NCBI GenBank assembly: GCA_947461985.1
Contig: CANHNT010000001.1
Span: 1 to 32,374, forward strand
Direction of reading: 5' to 3'
From: Bacteroidota bacterium
Lineage (GTDB): Bacteria; Bacteroidota; Bacteroidia; Chitinophagales; Chitinophagaceae
DNA: 32,374 nt
Below are positions 17,210 through 26,914 of the stretch, piece after piece. Both the position numbers and the translations under genes were made by a program. Position 1 is the first letter of the stretch. Each line of letters opens with the position of its first letter. The notes below the pieces were generated by a model. That model did no database searches. It was given only the letters and a program-made list of their open reading frames with translations, and was not told the origin of the DNA.

Positions 17210-18268
17210 ATGAGATATTTATTTATTTTTATTTTTTGCTTCTCGTTATTTGGTTGTAAAAAACATGTCGTTGATGATTCACCAATTGAATCAAATTGGT
17301 TACTGCCTTTGATTAAAGGAAATGTGTCGCTGAATGATTTGACTCAATTGGAAGGAAAATCGTTTCAGTATCAAATATCACCCGATGATATAGGAATGCC
17401 AGCTAATCTTGTGGTTAGTTCGCCAGATTTAGAGATTGATTTTTTAGGTCCGTTTGCGATTCCAACACAAGAAATTATTAAATATTTAAAGGTAGATTCG
17501 ATTGAAGTTGGAATGAATATTCATAATTTGTTTCCTGTAAATTTTAAATCGGGTTTTACGGTAACGTTGCGTTCCTCTAAAGATACTACAGCAACTAATA
17601 ATATTTTATTTTCATCAACATTCTCGAATGCGCTACAATCAAATGGAAAGGATAGTATACTATTAAATATTACCGATGTTACCATTAATGATTCGGTTTA
17701 TTTTTTTATTGAGCATCTTCGTATTGATGCTTTTACCAATGTGGTTTTTAATGAAAGTATTCCCATTGAGTTTTTTATCAATAAGGTCCGATTAAATGAG
17801 GTTGCGTTATTTTCAAATCAGTCTATTGATTTGTCTGATACAGTTGCATTTGAGCCTGGTGATTTGAGTAGTGCATATAATTCAGGGAATTCGGCAATTA
17901 GTGACAGTTCAGTTTCTGGCTATTTTAATTTTTATACGGATAATGGGATGCCCATTTATTCTAGAATGCAAATGGTATTTATGAAAGATGCTGAGAGAAA
18001 AGATTCAGTATTTGAAAATTCATTTATACTTGATGGAGCGAGTGTAGATGGTGCTGGAAATACTACAAATGTGGTGAGTAGAAAAAATAGCGTGAACCTT
18101 AGAAAATCTAAATTAAAAAACATTGAAAAGAGTAACAAAATTGTGTACTCGTTTTCAATTAATACCAATGGTTACACGGTGCCTTATGTGGTGATTTCTA
18201 AAAATAATTTGTTGGGATTACAAATTGTAAGTGATTTGAAATTGATTATTAATCCTTTTAAATTTTAA
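17210..18268 (+). CDS. Lipoprotein of unknown function
   Basis: From ATG 17210 the protein begins MRYLFIFIFCFSLFGCKK, a signal peptide plus lipobox Cys. The remainder is Ser/Asn/Asp-rich and looks beta-rich. I recognise no motif. It ends 3 nt before the next gene. Confidence 0.65.
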   Translation: MRYLFIFIFCFSLFGCKKHVVDDSPIESNWLLPLIKGNVSLNDLTQLEGKSFQYQISPDDIGMPANLVVSSPDLEIDFLGPFAIPTQEIIKYLKVDSIEVGMNIHNLFPVNFKSGFTVTLRSSKDTTATNNILFSSTFSNALQSNGKDSILLNITDVTINDSVYFFIEHLRIDAFTNVVFNESIPIEFFINKVRLNEVALFSNQSIDLSDTVAFEPGDLSSAYNSGNSAISDSSVSGYFNFYTDNGMPIYSRMQMVFMKDAERKDSVFENSFILDGASVDGAGNTTNVVSRKNSVNLRKSKLKNIEKSNKIVYSFSINTNGYTVPYVVISKNNLLGLQIVSDLKLIINPFKF

Positions 18269-18271
18269 CAA

Positions 18272-19663
18272 ATGAAAAAATTTAGTTTACTTTTTATAAG
18301 CACCCTTGTTTGTCAAATTTTGTTTGCACAAATAAATATCGCATCCCTACATAATCAAAACGCAGATTTAGAAAATTCGTTTTTAAATCCTTCTATGATT
18401 GGTAACGAGTATAAGAATTTTAAGTTTTCTTTTTTGCCAATTTATGTCAACTTTGGAAATAATTTTACTTCTGCTGGTGACATACTAGATTACACGAAAG
18501 AGTTTAATCAAAAAGGAGATTCAATGCAGGTAAATACGTCATCTATCAACAGCATAATGAATAATTTAAAAAAGACGAATTTGATTTACGCTGGTGCTGA
18601 TGTTACCTTGTTGAATGTTGGTTTTAATATTCATCGAAAAAGAAAAGTGTTTTTAGAATTTCAAGTTTCTGCAAGACAACATGTTCATGCTAACATTTCA
18701 TTTCCTGAAGAATTATTTAATTTATTTTATAAAGGAAATAAATATTATGAAAATCAAACGATTGATATTTTACCTAAAATCAATGCATTACAGTATGCAG
18801 ATTATGGATTCAATGTGGCGAAAAATTTTGAATTTACTTTGAACAGTAAGAACAAATTGAAAATTAAACCAGCCGTTCGTGTGCGTTATTTAGTGGGTAA
18901 TGCAAATGTAAGTACTCAAAATTCACGGCTTGATGTATATACTGCTCCTGATGGTAGATATATTGAAGCTAAATTAAATGGGCAGGTTGTACAAAGTTAT
19001 ATCAATGAAAAAACCTTTAGTAACTTTAATGCAAACTCACTTTCAAATTTAATTACAAAAGGTGCAGGAACTGGTATCGGCATGGATTTTGGCGTATCCG
19101 CAAAATTAAATGATAAATTATCGGCTAGTGTGTCGTTGGTTGATAATGGGTCTATTCAATTTAAAGAAAATGCATATACAATGAGTTCAAAATATGCTTA
19201 TAGATGGGAAGGATATGATTGGAATCAAAATATAGACAGTTTTATTATTCAAAAGGATTTATTGAATTTAGATTCAACAGCAGGTGCGTATAAAGTTAGC
19301 ATTGGGCCTAAATTAATGATTAGTGGAAGTTATGGTTTTGGTAAAAAAGCTATTTTTAAGCGTTATTTAAATCATTATCATCACACGGTTTCGTTGTTTT
19401 ATGTGCAAGGTTTTCAAAATTATTTGAATGCTACAAAATCGCCAATGCTTTCGGTAGGGTACAGTTATCGTTTAAAAAATATATTGAATGCAGGGGTTAA
19501 TGCCAGCGTAGGAGGATTAACTAGAGCCTCGTTAGGGGCGCATGTTCATTTCGGATTAGGTCCTATGCAATTTGGTTTTGCAACCAATAGCTTAGCTTAT
19601 TTAGTGAGTAAATACAATGCTCGAGGAGTTGATTTGCAATTTTATACGGCCTTGAATTTTTAA
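18272..19663 (+). CDS. Predicted outer-membrane beta-barrel protein of unknown function (possibly DUF5723-like)
   Basis: 463 aa. Signal peptide MKKFSLLFISTLVCQILFAQ. An early NPS.IG motif resembles those of Bacteroidota barrel families. It has Gly/Tyr/Asn-rich alternating segments and ends ..LQFYTALNF with a terminal Phe, as is typical of OM barrels. The family name is from memory and unverified. Confidence 0.6.
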   Translation: MKKFSLLFISTLVCQILFAQINIASLHNQNADLENSFLNPSMIGNEYKNFKFSFLPIYVNFGNNFTSAGDILDYTKEFNQKGDSMQVNTSSINSIMNNLKKTNLIYAGADVTLLNVGFNIHRKRKVFLEFQVSARQHVHANISFPEELFNLFYKGNKYYENQTIDILPKINALQYADYGFNVAKNFEFTLNSKNKLKIKPAVRVRYLVGNANVSTQNSRLDVYTAPDGRYIEAKLNGQVVQSYINEKTFSNFNANSLSNLITKGAGTGIGMDFGVSAKLNDKLSASVSLVDNGSIQFKENAYTMSSKYAYRWEGYDWNQNIDSFIIQKDLLNLDSTAGAYKVSIGPKLMISGSYGFGKKAIFKRYLNHYHHTVSLFYVQGFQNYLNATKSPMLSVGYSYRLKNILNAGVNASVGGLTRASLGAHVHFGLGPMQFGFATNSLAYLVSKYNARGVDLQFYTALNF

Positions 19664-19685
19664 ATTTCTTTAATTAAGGAGTTCA

Positions 19686-20387
19686 TTATAAATCGCCTAA
19701 AATAGGTCGTAACACAATGTCTTCTACCACGGTTTGATTAGAAAGTTGATAAGCATTCCAAAGCACTTCAGCAATGTCGGATGCTTTCATAATTCTATCT
19801 TCATCTATGCCACTCCCACTCCAAGAGTCAGACATGGTAGCACCTGGATTAATGGTTGTCACTTTAATGAAATAAGGTTTTAATTCTTCCCGTAAATTTT
19901 TAGAAAAACCTTGCAATGCAAATTTGCTAATGCTGTAAGCACCTCCATTTTTGTAGGCTTGCAAACCAGCTATGGAGCTCATGTTAAAAATGTGTCCTGA
20001 CATTTGAACTTGCATTTTAGGCACGATAACACGAGTTAAATGATAGGCAGAATATAAATTGGTTTCTATCATTTTTTCTATGGTGCCATCGGCTTCTGTC
20101 GTGATGTCGCCTGGCAAATAAGAGCCTGCATTATTTACTAAAATATCAATCGTTGAAAAGTTTTTTAAACATTCCTCTCCAAATAATTGGGCATCCTTTT
20201 TTTTGCTTAAATCGGCAACCATTGTAAAAATACTAACAGCAGGATTTAAAATTTCCAATTGAGATTTTGTTTGTTGCAATTGATTTTCATCTCTTGCACA
20301 AATAGCGATGTTGTAGTTTTGCATTACTAATTTTTCGGCAATGGCTTTGCCAATTCCTTTGCTTGCTCCTGTAATTATTGCGTTCAT
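19686..20387 (-). CDS. Short-chain dehydrogenase/reductase (classical SDR)
   Basis: 233 aa. TGASKGIG cofactor motif, NNAG, and catalytic Ser...YSISK. Confidence 0.9.
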   Translation of the reverse strand: MNAIITGASKGIGKAIAEKLVMQNYNIAICARDENQLQQTKSQLEILNPAVSIFTMVADLSKKKDAQLFGEECLKNFSTIDILVNNAGSYLPGDITTEADGTIEKMIETNLYSAYHLTRVIVPKMQVQMSGHIFNMSSIAGLQAYKNGGAYSISKFALQGFSKNLREELKPYFIKVTTINPGATMSDSWSGSGIDEDRIMKASDIAEVLWNAYQLSNQTVVEDIVLRPILGDL

Positions 20388-20401
20388 AATTTTATTGTAT
20401 T

Positions 20402-21070
20402 TTATTTGCGAATTCGAATTCTTTCTCTAGGTGGTTTTGGTAAATTTAATAAATGCTCTAACTCTGAAATTAGCATAGCAGTTGCACCCCAAACAATAAT
20501 CGTTTCGTCTAAATGGTATGTAGGTGACATTAAATTTGGTTTCACTTCTTGTTCTTTTTTCATTTTTGGATGAAACAAAAATTCCAAAGGAACTTGAATT
20601 ATTTCTTGCACTTCTTTTTCGTCTGGTTTCAAATTTTGTGCATTGGCAATAAACCCAACGGTTGCCGTTACTACAAAATTACTGGGCGGAATATAAATAG
20701 GAGTAAGCGTTCCAAGCACTTCAATATCATTTCGTTTAATGCCAATTTCTTCTTCACATTCTCTGCAAGCCGTGGCAATAATATCTACATCAAATTTTTC
20801 ATTTTTACCACCCGGAAAACTAATTTGTCCACTGTGTGTTTGTCCATCTTCAGCTCTACGAATTAAAATGGTATTCCATTTTTTATCAATTTCAAACAAT
20901 AAAATCATCACCCCTGCAACCCGTGCATCATCTGGAATTTCCGTTTGTTGACGACGAATTTCGGGTGCCATTTTTAACTGCGCTTCTAAACCAGGCAAAG
21001 GTTTCGAAAATTTTTCCTTTACTTCCTCTACAAATTTATTGTATATTTTTTCGTCTAAAAAATCTTCCAT
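20402..21070 (-). CDS. NUDIX hydrolase, CoA-pyrophosphatase type
   Basis: 222 aa. Nudix box GGKNEKFDVDIIATACRECEEEIG, preceded by the CoA-pyrophosphatase-type segment LIRRAEDGQTHSGQISFPGG. Confidence 0.85.
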   Translation of the reverse strand: MEDFLDEKIYNKFVEEVKEKFSKPLPGLEAQLKMAPEIRRQQTEIPDDARVAGVMILLFEIDKKWNTILIRRAEDGQTHSGQISFPGGKNEKFDVDIIATACRECEEEIGIKRNDIEVLGTLTPIYIPPSNFVVTATVGFIANAQNLKPDEKEVQEIIQVPLEFLFHPKMKKEQEVKPNLMSPTYHLDETIIVWGATAMLISELEHLLNLPKPPRERIRIRK

Positions 21071-21096
21071 ATTCTTTTATTCAAATTTTATTTTTA

Positions 21097-22524
21097 CTAA
21101 TCAACTTTCAATTCCCCTGCTTGAGTGGCTAACTTCAACTGCACCACATTTTCTACATGATGTGTGTGTGGAAACATATCAACTGCTTGTGATTTTGTAA
21201 CGATATATTCTTTAGACAACAATTGTAAATCTCTGGCTTGTGTAGCCGGATTGCAACTCACGTAAACAACTGTAGGTGCTTTTATTTCTAATAATTTTTC
21301 AATTAATTTTTCGTGGCAACCAGCACGAGGAGGATCTATTACAACCACATCAGGCTTTCCATGTTTTGCAAAAAAAGAATCGTTGCAAACTTTGATCACA
21401 TCACCTGCATAAAACGATGTGTTTTCGAGACCATTATTTTTTGCATTGAGTTTTGCATCTTCTATGGCATCATCAATGGTTTCTACGCCTATAATTTTTT
21501 TCGCATTTTTTGATAAAAATATTCCTATGCTACCAGTGCCACAATATAAATCGTATAAAATTTCATCGCCTGTTAAATCAGCAAAATCTCTCGTTATTTT
21601 ATATAATTCTTCGGCTTGTGTAGGGTTGGTTTGAAAAAAAGATTTAGGACTAATTTTAAAAATAAAGTCTTCTAATTTTTCATGAATAAACGCTTCGCCA
21701 GAAAAACAAATAACCTCTTGGTCATAAATGCTGTCATTCATTTTTAAATTGATGGTGTAGTTTAATGAATGAATGGTCGGAAATTTTTCTTTTAAGGTAT
21801 TCATTACTTTCAAAATAGTAGTTTCATCATCCTCTCCAAATACCATGTTGACCATCGTTTCATTTAAGGAGGAAACCCGAATCATCATGGTGCGCAATAA
21901 GCCTACATGATTTTTGATGTCGTAAAAAGTAATCTCGTTTTCATGCGCAAATGCTCGAATATAATTGCGAATGGCATTGGTAGGTTCGTTTTGTAAATAA
22001 CATTTTTCAATATCAATCACTTTATCAAACAATTTGGGTGCATGAAAACCCACTACATTTTTTTCAAACGATTCGCCATTATTTAATTCCTGACTGGTAA
22101 TGTATTGCTTGGTAGAAAATGTAAATTCTAATTTATTTCTATACAATTTTGTCAATGCAGAACCTTTAATGGGTAAATATTCGCCCACTGCCACATGCCC
22201 TATTCTGCGCAATTGATCTTTTACTTGTTGCTCTTTATATTGCAATTGTAATTCGTAAGGAAGCATTTGCCATTTGCAACCACCACAAATGCCAAAGTGC
22301 TGACAAAATGGTTCTACTCTGTTTTCAGCATATTTTGTAATTTGATTGACCCTTGCTTCGGCCCAATCTTTTTTATTTTTGTGCACAAACACATTGGCAA
22401 CATCGCCAGGTACTGCACCTTCTACAAAAATGACTTTGTCGTTGTGCCGTGCAATGGTTTTACCTTCGGCGGCATACGACTCAATCAATAAATCATTGAT
22501 GACAAATTTTTTCTTTCTCGACAT
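21097..22524 (-). CDS. rlmD: 23S rRNA (uracil-C5)-methyltransferase, RlmD/RumA family
   Basis: TRAM-like N-terminus, Fe-S Cys cluster (CQHFGICGGCKWQ), SAM motif DLYCGTGSIG, and catalytic VYVSCNPAT. The track ORF starts at 22545. Met8 (22524, MSRKKKFVINDL..) fits the family N-terminus better. Confidence 0.9.
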   Translation of the reverse strand: MSRKKKFVINDLLIESYAAEGKTIARHNDKVIFVEGAVPGDVANVFVHKNKKDWAEARVNQITKYAENRVEPFCQHFGICGGCKWQMLPYELQLQYKEQQVKDQLRRIGHVAVGEYLPIKGSALTKLYRNKLEFTFSTKQYITSQELNNGESFEKNVVGFHAPKLFDKVIDIEKCYLQNEPTNAIRNYIRAFAHENEITFYDIKNHVGLLRTMMIRVSSLNETMVNMVFGEDDETTILKVMNTLKEKFPTIHSLNYTINLKMNDSIYDQEVICFSGEAFIHEKLEDFIFKISPKSFFQTNPTQAEELYKITRDFADLTGDEILYDLYCGTGSIGIFLSKNAKKIIGVETIDDAIEDAKLNAKNNGLENTSFYAGDVIKVCNDSFFAKHGKPDVVVIDPPRAGCHEKLIEKLLEIKAPTVVYVSCNPATQARDLQLLSKEYIVTKSQAVDMFPHTHHVENVVQLKLATQAGELKVD

Positions 22525-22657
22525 AATAAATGATAAAGGTTGCAAGTTAACCCATTGTTTTTTATTTATTGAATCAATGCACTTGCATTACCCAAAATAT
22601 TCTCTCCCTTCTTTATGTTAAAATTTTGTTTTGTAAAAATAAAATTATTAAATTTGG

Positions 22658-22665
22658 TATAGAAT
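22658..22665 (+). promoter_or_regulatory. Candidate -7 promoter box (TAAATTTG = TAnnTTTG)
   Basis: Exact consensus match 21 bp upstream of ATG 22686. TTTG elements occur at about 22625-22633 as a possible -33. It lies inside the N-terminal extension of the track ORF, which argues against the 22569 start. Confidence 0.35.
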
Positions 22666-22685
22666 TAATTTTATCACTAATAAAC

Positions 22686-25187
22686 ATGAAAAACAAATTC
22701 GTAACCACCATGTTAATTATGGGAGGAGTCATTTCTACCTTATTTTTTTCGAGTTCAACTGAAGAGGATACCAGCCAAGATTCCTTTGAACAAGAACCTC
22801 CAATGCCTATGCAATACAAAATTCAGAAATTAGCAGCACCCTTATCCACAGGTGAAACCATGGTTTTTCGTGTAGACTATTTTAGAGACGAAACACTTCC
22901 CAATACCATTAAAATTTATACCGGTCGAGAGATTGACGTAATTTTAAAAGATGATGGTACCGAACCAGATATAAAAGCAGGCGATTTTGAGTATGCTACT
23001 TATTTAAAAACAAACCCTGTAAAATTTGTAGATTTAGTACAATCCTATGAACAAATCATTAATGAAAAAGGAAGTATTTTAGATTTTAATGGACATGATG
23101 GCAAGGTGATACCAGCTGCGGAAATTACCAATTTCGATTTTGAAGCATTTAATAATAATGAATCGGTGGTAATAAATGAATCATTGGTCAGTGCTATTGA
23201 TTGTTCTAATGATTTGAAAAAAGAAAACTCCTTGTTTATTACAGATATTGATGTAGTGGAGGATCCTGTAAGAACAAGCACGAATAATGTAAATGTATTA
23301 GGTGAGTATACTTTAGGCCACATGTTAAAAAATATTATTAATACACCTATTACAGGAATTTCAGTCAAAAATTTTATAAAAAGTTGGTTAGATACATGGG
23401 CATTTGACCAAACAATAAATGGTAATACATTAATAGGAAGAGTTGATGTAAATAATGAATTAGCTGACATTTGGTTAAAAGCAGCATTTAGTTTAAGTAA
23501 CACAACTCCTCCTATCAGTCAATCAGATATGTGGGATCAAGTAAATGAAAATGATTTACTTTTAGCCGCACCTTTTAAACTAACTGCAATTGTAAATAGA
23601 ATTGATTTAAGAGGGAATTTTTCTTATAATAATAATTTAAATAATGCTGGTGAAACACGATTTATTTTTACTTTTATAGATAAAGCAAACAAAAAATCAA
23701 TTACTGGATTTAATGGGATACCAATGCATCAATTTCCAATCCCATCAAGTGATTATCAAAGTCAAGGTTTAGATTGGAAAGGGTGTAATATAATTTTAGA
23801 ATATAGTAATGTGCAAAAAAATATGTGTGACCTCCAGCTATTTGCTAAACAATGGTACGATCTCTCTACATTAAATCGAAATACTACTAATTATAGAGAT
23901 GCATTAGCCGCAATAGTGAACACTGTAACAAGTGCAAATTCAAATAATAACTCTGCAAACAAAACAGCCCTTGCAAGAATTAGAACGAATGAAAAAATGT
24001 TTTCTCATTTTTCTGTTGGCAATCCTTTTTATTCTGGTGATTGGACTCCTTCTATTTGGGAGTTGCGACAATTTGAAATAGGTACAGATCATTTATTTCA
24101 ACCAGTTAGTGTAACTAATACTCCAGCAGATTTGCCATCAAACACGACTATAAATGCAAATTTTCCTGAATTAAATTATAGAGAAGCAAAAAACTTAACA
24201 AATCTATCTGAACAAATTATTGACCCTGTTATTTCATGGGTTATGAGCTCTCCAGTTATTAGAGAAAGAGTAAAAAGAGGAAATTTTAATATTCCTCAAA
24301 ACTTATTAGCTTCTTCAGCACTTTTAAGACAACAATTAGCAGAATATTATGATTTTGATTTAACTGCTAATAATGTTGCTGGCGTTTCTTCATACGACTT
24401 AAAAGAAATTAGACATCAAATTTCTTTAAATAGATGCCAAGGTTGTCATGGAGGAGAAACACAAACCGAATTTACTCAAGTTAGACCAATGCCTATAGGT
24501 AATATAGATATGCCTAAATATTGGGAATTAGGTAATGGTACAATTGGATATATTGATGAAAAATTAGACCCTGTAAAGCAACAAAGAATTGCTTCAAGCA
24601 ATAATACAGGAAAAATTACAGGTGTAAATAACGAGAAAACATATGATGAATTTATGTTTAAGCCGACTGTAGGATTTACTTCTACTTTAATTAATAATTT
24701 TAATAGAAATATAGTTGTTCATAATGATTATCATCAAACTGTTTCTCCTTTTTTAACTGGTAGAAGGTACATGAGTAATGGAAAATTTGACTTTAATCTT
24801 AAAGTTTTCATTGGTGCACCTGGTTGGCAAGATGATTTATTAAGTGATGTTTTAATCAAAGAAAATGCACCTGATAATAGTATGGAGGGTTTGTTTTATG
24901 TAAATGACCCTTCAAACCAAGCTAGTGGAATGGTAGACCCTAACGACTTATCAAACTTTCCTATGAGTAATCCACCTTTGGAATCAGAAATACAAGCAAA
25001 AGAAAATTATAAAAATCAATTTAATACTAAATATGGCTACAACGATTTGCAACGACGAAAAGATGATATGTGTAGGCTATTAAGTTTGTGTTGTAATTGT
25101 GGATTAAGCACTAGTACATCTTCATCTGTCCCATTTGAGTTGATTAAACGTTTAGATTTTATACCACTACCTTATGCAAGCCATTAA
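22686..25187 (+). CDS. Large secreted or periplasmic protein of unknown function with a single CXXCH motif and a C-terminal Cys cluster
   Basis: 833 aa from ATG 22686 (MKNKFVTTMLIMGGVISTLFFSSS.., signal-like). Conserved-looking blocks are IVNRIDLRG, GETRFIFTF, RIRTNE and WELRQFEI. It has CQGCH at 24435-24449 and a Cys cluster CRLLSLCCNC at 25071-25100. There is no T9SS C-terminal domain. The first 39 codons of the track ORF (from 22569) are probably not translated. Confidence 0.7.
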   Translation: MKNKFVTTMLIMGGVISTLFFSSSTEEDTSQDSFEQEPPMPMQYKIQKLAAPLSTGETMVFRVDYFRDETLPNTIKIYTGREIDVILKDDGTEPDIKAGDFEYATYLKTNPVKFVDLVQSYEQIINEKGSILDFNGHDGKVIPAAEITNFDFEAFNNNESVVINESLVSAIDCSNDLKKENSLFITDIDVVEDPVRTSTNNVNVLGEYTLGHMLKNIINTPITGISVKNFIKSWLDTWAFDQTINGNTLIGRVDVNNELADIWLKAAFSLSNTTPPISQSDMWDQVNENDLLLAAPFKLTAIVNRIDLRGNFSYNNNLNNAGETRFIFTFIDKANKKSITGFNGIPMHQFPIPSSDYQSQGLDWKGCNIILEYSNVQKNMCDLQLFAKQWYDLSTLNRNTTNYRDALAAIVNTVTSANSNNNSANKTALARIRTNEKMFSHFSVGNPFYSGDWTPSIWELRQFEIGTDHLFQPVSVTNTPADLPSNTTINANFPELNYREAKNLTNLSEQIIDPVISWVMSSPVIRERVKRGNFNIPQNLLASSALLRQQLAEYYDFDLTANNVAGVSSYDLKEIRHQISLNRCQGCHGGETQTEFTQVRPMPIGNIDMPKYWELGNGTIGYIDEKLDPVKQQRIASSNNTGKITGVNNEKTYDEFMFKPTVGFTSTLINNFNRNIVVHNDYHQTVSPFLTGRRYMSNGKFDFNLKVFIGAPGWQDDLLSDVLIKENAPDNSMEGLFYVNDPSNQASGMVDPNDLSNFPMSNPPLESEIQAKENYKNQFNTKYGYNDLQRRKDDMCRLLSLCCNCGLSTSTSSSVPFELIKRLDFIPLPYASH

Positions 25188-25197
25188 TAACAAGATC

Positions 25198-26895
25198 ATG
25201 AAAATGACATTCATTTTTTTTCTATTTCTTTTTATGTGTGTAAACATCTATGCACAACAAAAAGCATTAAAAAAAGTATTTTTGACTGAAAAGGAGAGTT
25301 ATTATGGAAGTCGAATTTTTTCTGTAGATAAAAATAACAACAAATTTGTGATGGGTGGATTTCCTAAAAACATGCATTTCAATAATTATTCAATTTCATC
25401 AATCAAACAATATGGATGTTACTTAACCATGGTTGATAAAAATGACAGTGCCAAATGGTTGATAAAAATTGCAGATTGTAATAGTAATTCATTTACAGCG
25501 ACTAGTAGCATTACAAATTATTCAATAATATCTAACAGTGTTGCTACGTTTGTAGCTATTAATTTTATGGATACTATCACTGTAAATGGGAATGATTATA
25601 TATCAAAAGGAGAATGTGATATTTTATTTTTGAAAGTAAATGAGATAGGGCAAATTCAAGTTTTACATCACATTGGTAGTGTTAACAATGAAGGCTTTAA
25701 TAATAGAGCAATAACAACGGATAGCAAAAATAACATTTATTTTGTTGGAGGTTTTGGAACTCAAAATCTAAATACTGAATTAATTATTAATTCGGATACA
25801 TTAAAAACTTCAAAATTAAATGGCTTTTTTATCAAAATGGATAGCACTGGAAATATTTTATATTCAAAAGGAGTTGGAGGTAATTCATATTGTGGATACA
25901 ATTATATTCATTGCTATCATGATGAATTTTATATAATTGGAAGCATTCGCTCATCAACAATTTATTTAGATACATTAACATTTTCTCTCCCATCAAATTC
26001 AGATTATACAGATGTATATTTTGTAGCAAAATTAGATACAATGGGTAATGCTATATGGGCAAGGCATTTTGGTACAAAAACGCTTTTAGGAGGCATTACA
26101 GCCAATGATGTTTATGCGATTAACGACAATGTGTATATAACTGGTGGAGGCATAAATGCTATTGGCGATAAAACAAACCGATTCTATTTTCAAGGTAAAA
26201 TTGCTCCAGTAAGTGGTGTGCCTTTTGGTAATGGAGATTATGTAATTGCCTCCTATTCCTCCAATGGAAATTTTAGATGGGCTAAGGCCTCTGTTGGATA
26301 TGGAGACGAATTTGTCAATAATTTAGGGGCTGATACTAATGGCAATTTATTAGCTATTGGAGAATTTAACGATTTAATAAATGATAGCATTACATTAAAC
26401 GGATTTGGTGATGATGTATTTGTTTCTTCGTTAGATAGCAATGGCAATTATTTATGGAGTACCAGTGTAGGTGGTGTATATGAAGACTTTGGTAAAGGGA
26501 TTGCAACAACCACTGATGGAGTGATATATGTAATGGGGGCTACTGCTAGTCCTGTTTGTTATTTTGGACAAGATTCGGTACATGTAGATAGTTTGCCCAG
26601 TATGTTTTTAGCTAAAATTGTAAATGCAACGCCAGTGGGCCTCCTAAATCCTCCAAAGGAGGACTTGTGGGAAGTGTTTCCGAATCCAGTATCAACGATG
26701 TTAGAAATACGATGTCTGATGGTTGGTAAAAAAGAAATTCAATTATACAATGCAGTAGGTCAATTGGTAATAAATGTAAAAACCGAACATCAAACATCGA
26801 ACATCGAAACATCAAAACTGCCTGAAGGCATTTACTTTCTACAACTCAAACAACAAGGACAAACAAGCACAAAAAAAATTAATATAATCCACTAA
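25198..26895 (+). CDS. T9SS-secreted protein with SBBP-like beta-propeller repeats and a Por-type C-terminal sorting domain
   Basis: Signal peptide MKMTFIFFLFLFMCVNIYAQQ from ATG 25198. The repeat signature recurs (..TDSKNNIYFVGGFG, ..GADTNGNLLAIGEF, ..ATTTDGVIYVMGAT). The C-terminus is VFPNPVSTMLEI...LPEGIYFLQLK...TKKINIIH, typical of a T9SS CTD. Confidence 0.85.
   Translation: MKMTFIFFLFLFMCVNIYAQQKALKKVFLTEKESYYGSRIFSVDKNNNKFVMGGFPKNMHFNNYSISSIKQYGCYLTMVDKNDSAKWLIKIADCNSNSFTATSSITNYSIISNSVATFVAINFMDTITVNGNDYISKGECDILFLKVNEIGQIQVLHHIGSVNNEGFNNRAITTDSKNNIYFVGGFGTQNLNTELIINSDTLKTSKLNGFFIKMDSTGNILYSKGVGGNSYCGYNYIHCYHDEFYIIGSIRSSTIYLDTLTFSLPSNSDYTDVYFVAKLDTMGNAIWARHFGTKTLLGGITANDVYAINDNVYITGGGINAIGDKTNRFYFQGKIAPVSGVPFGNGDYVIASYSSNGNFRWAKASVGYGDEFVNNLGADTNGNLLAIGEFNDLINDSITLNGFGDDVFVSSLDSNGNYLWSTSVGGVYEDFGKGIATTTDGVIYVMGATASPVCYFGQDSVHVDSLPSMFLAKIVNATPVGLLNPPKEDLWEVFPNPVSTMLEIRCLMVGKKEIQLYNAVGQLVINVKTEHQTSNIETSKLPEGIYFLQLKQQGQTSTKKINIIH
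26785..26813 (+). repeat. Imperfect heptamer DNA repeat (GAACATC/AAACATC/GAACATC/GAAACATC) inside the CTD-coding region
   Basis: Read directly; it encodes ..EHQTSNIETS... It shares the ACATC core and 7-nt period with the intergenic repeat at 4518-4545. Confidence 0.7.
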
Positions 26896-26914
26896 ACAAT
26901 TTAAAATAAACAAC

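Noticed and set aside
22569-22685. N-terminal 39-codon extension of the 872-aa track ORF (MNQCTCITQNILSLLYVKILFC...)
   Set aside because: The extension overlaps the promoter-like region, including a consensus -7 box at 22658-22665. It precedes a much better start (MKNKFVTTMLIMGG.., signal-like) at 22686. It is probably not translated.
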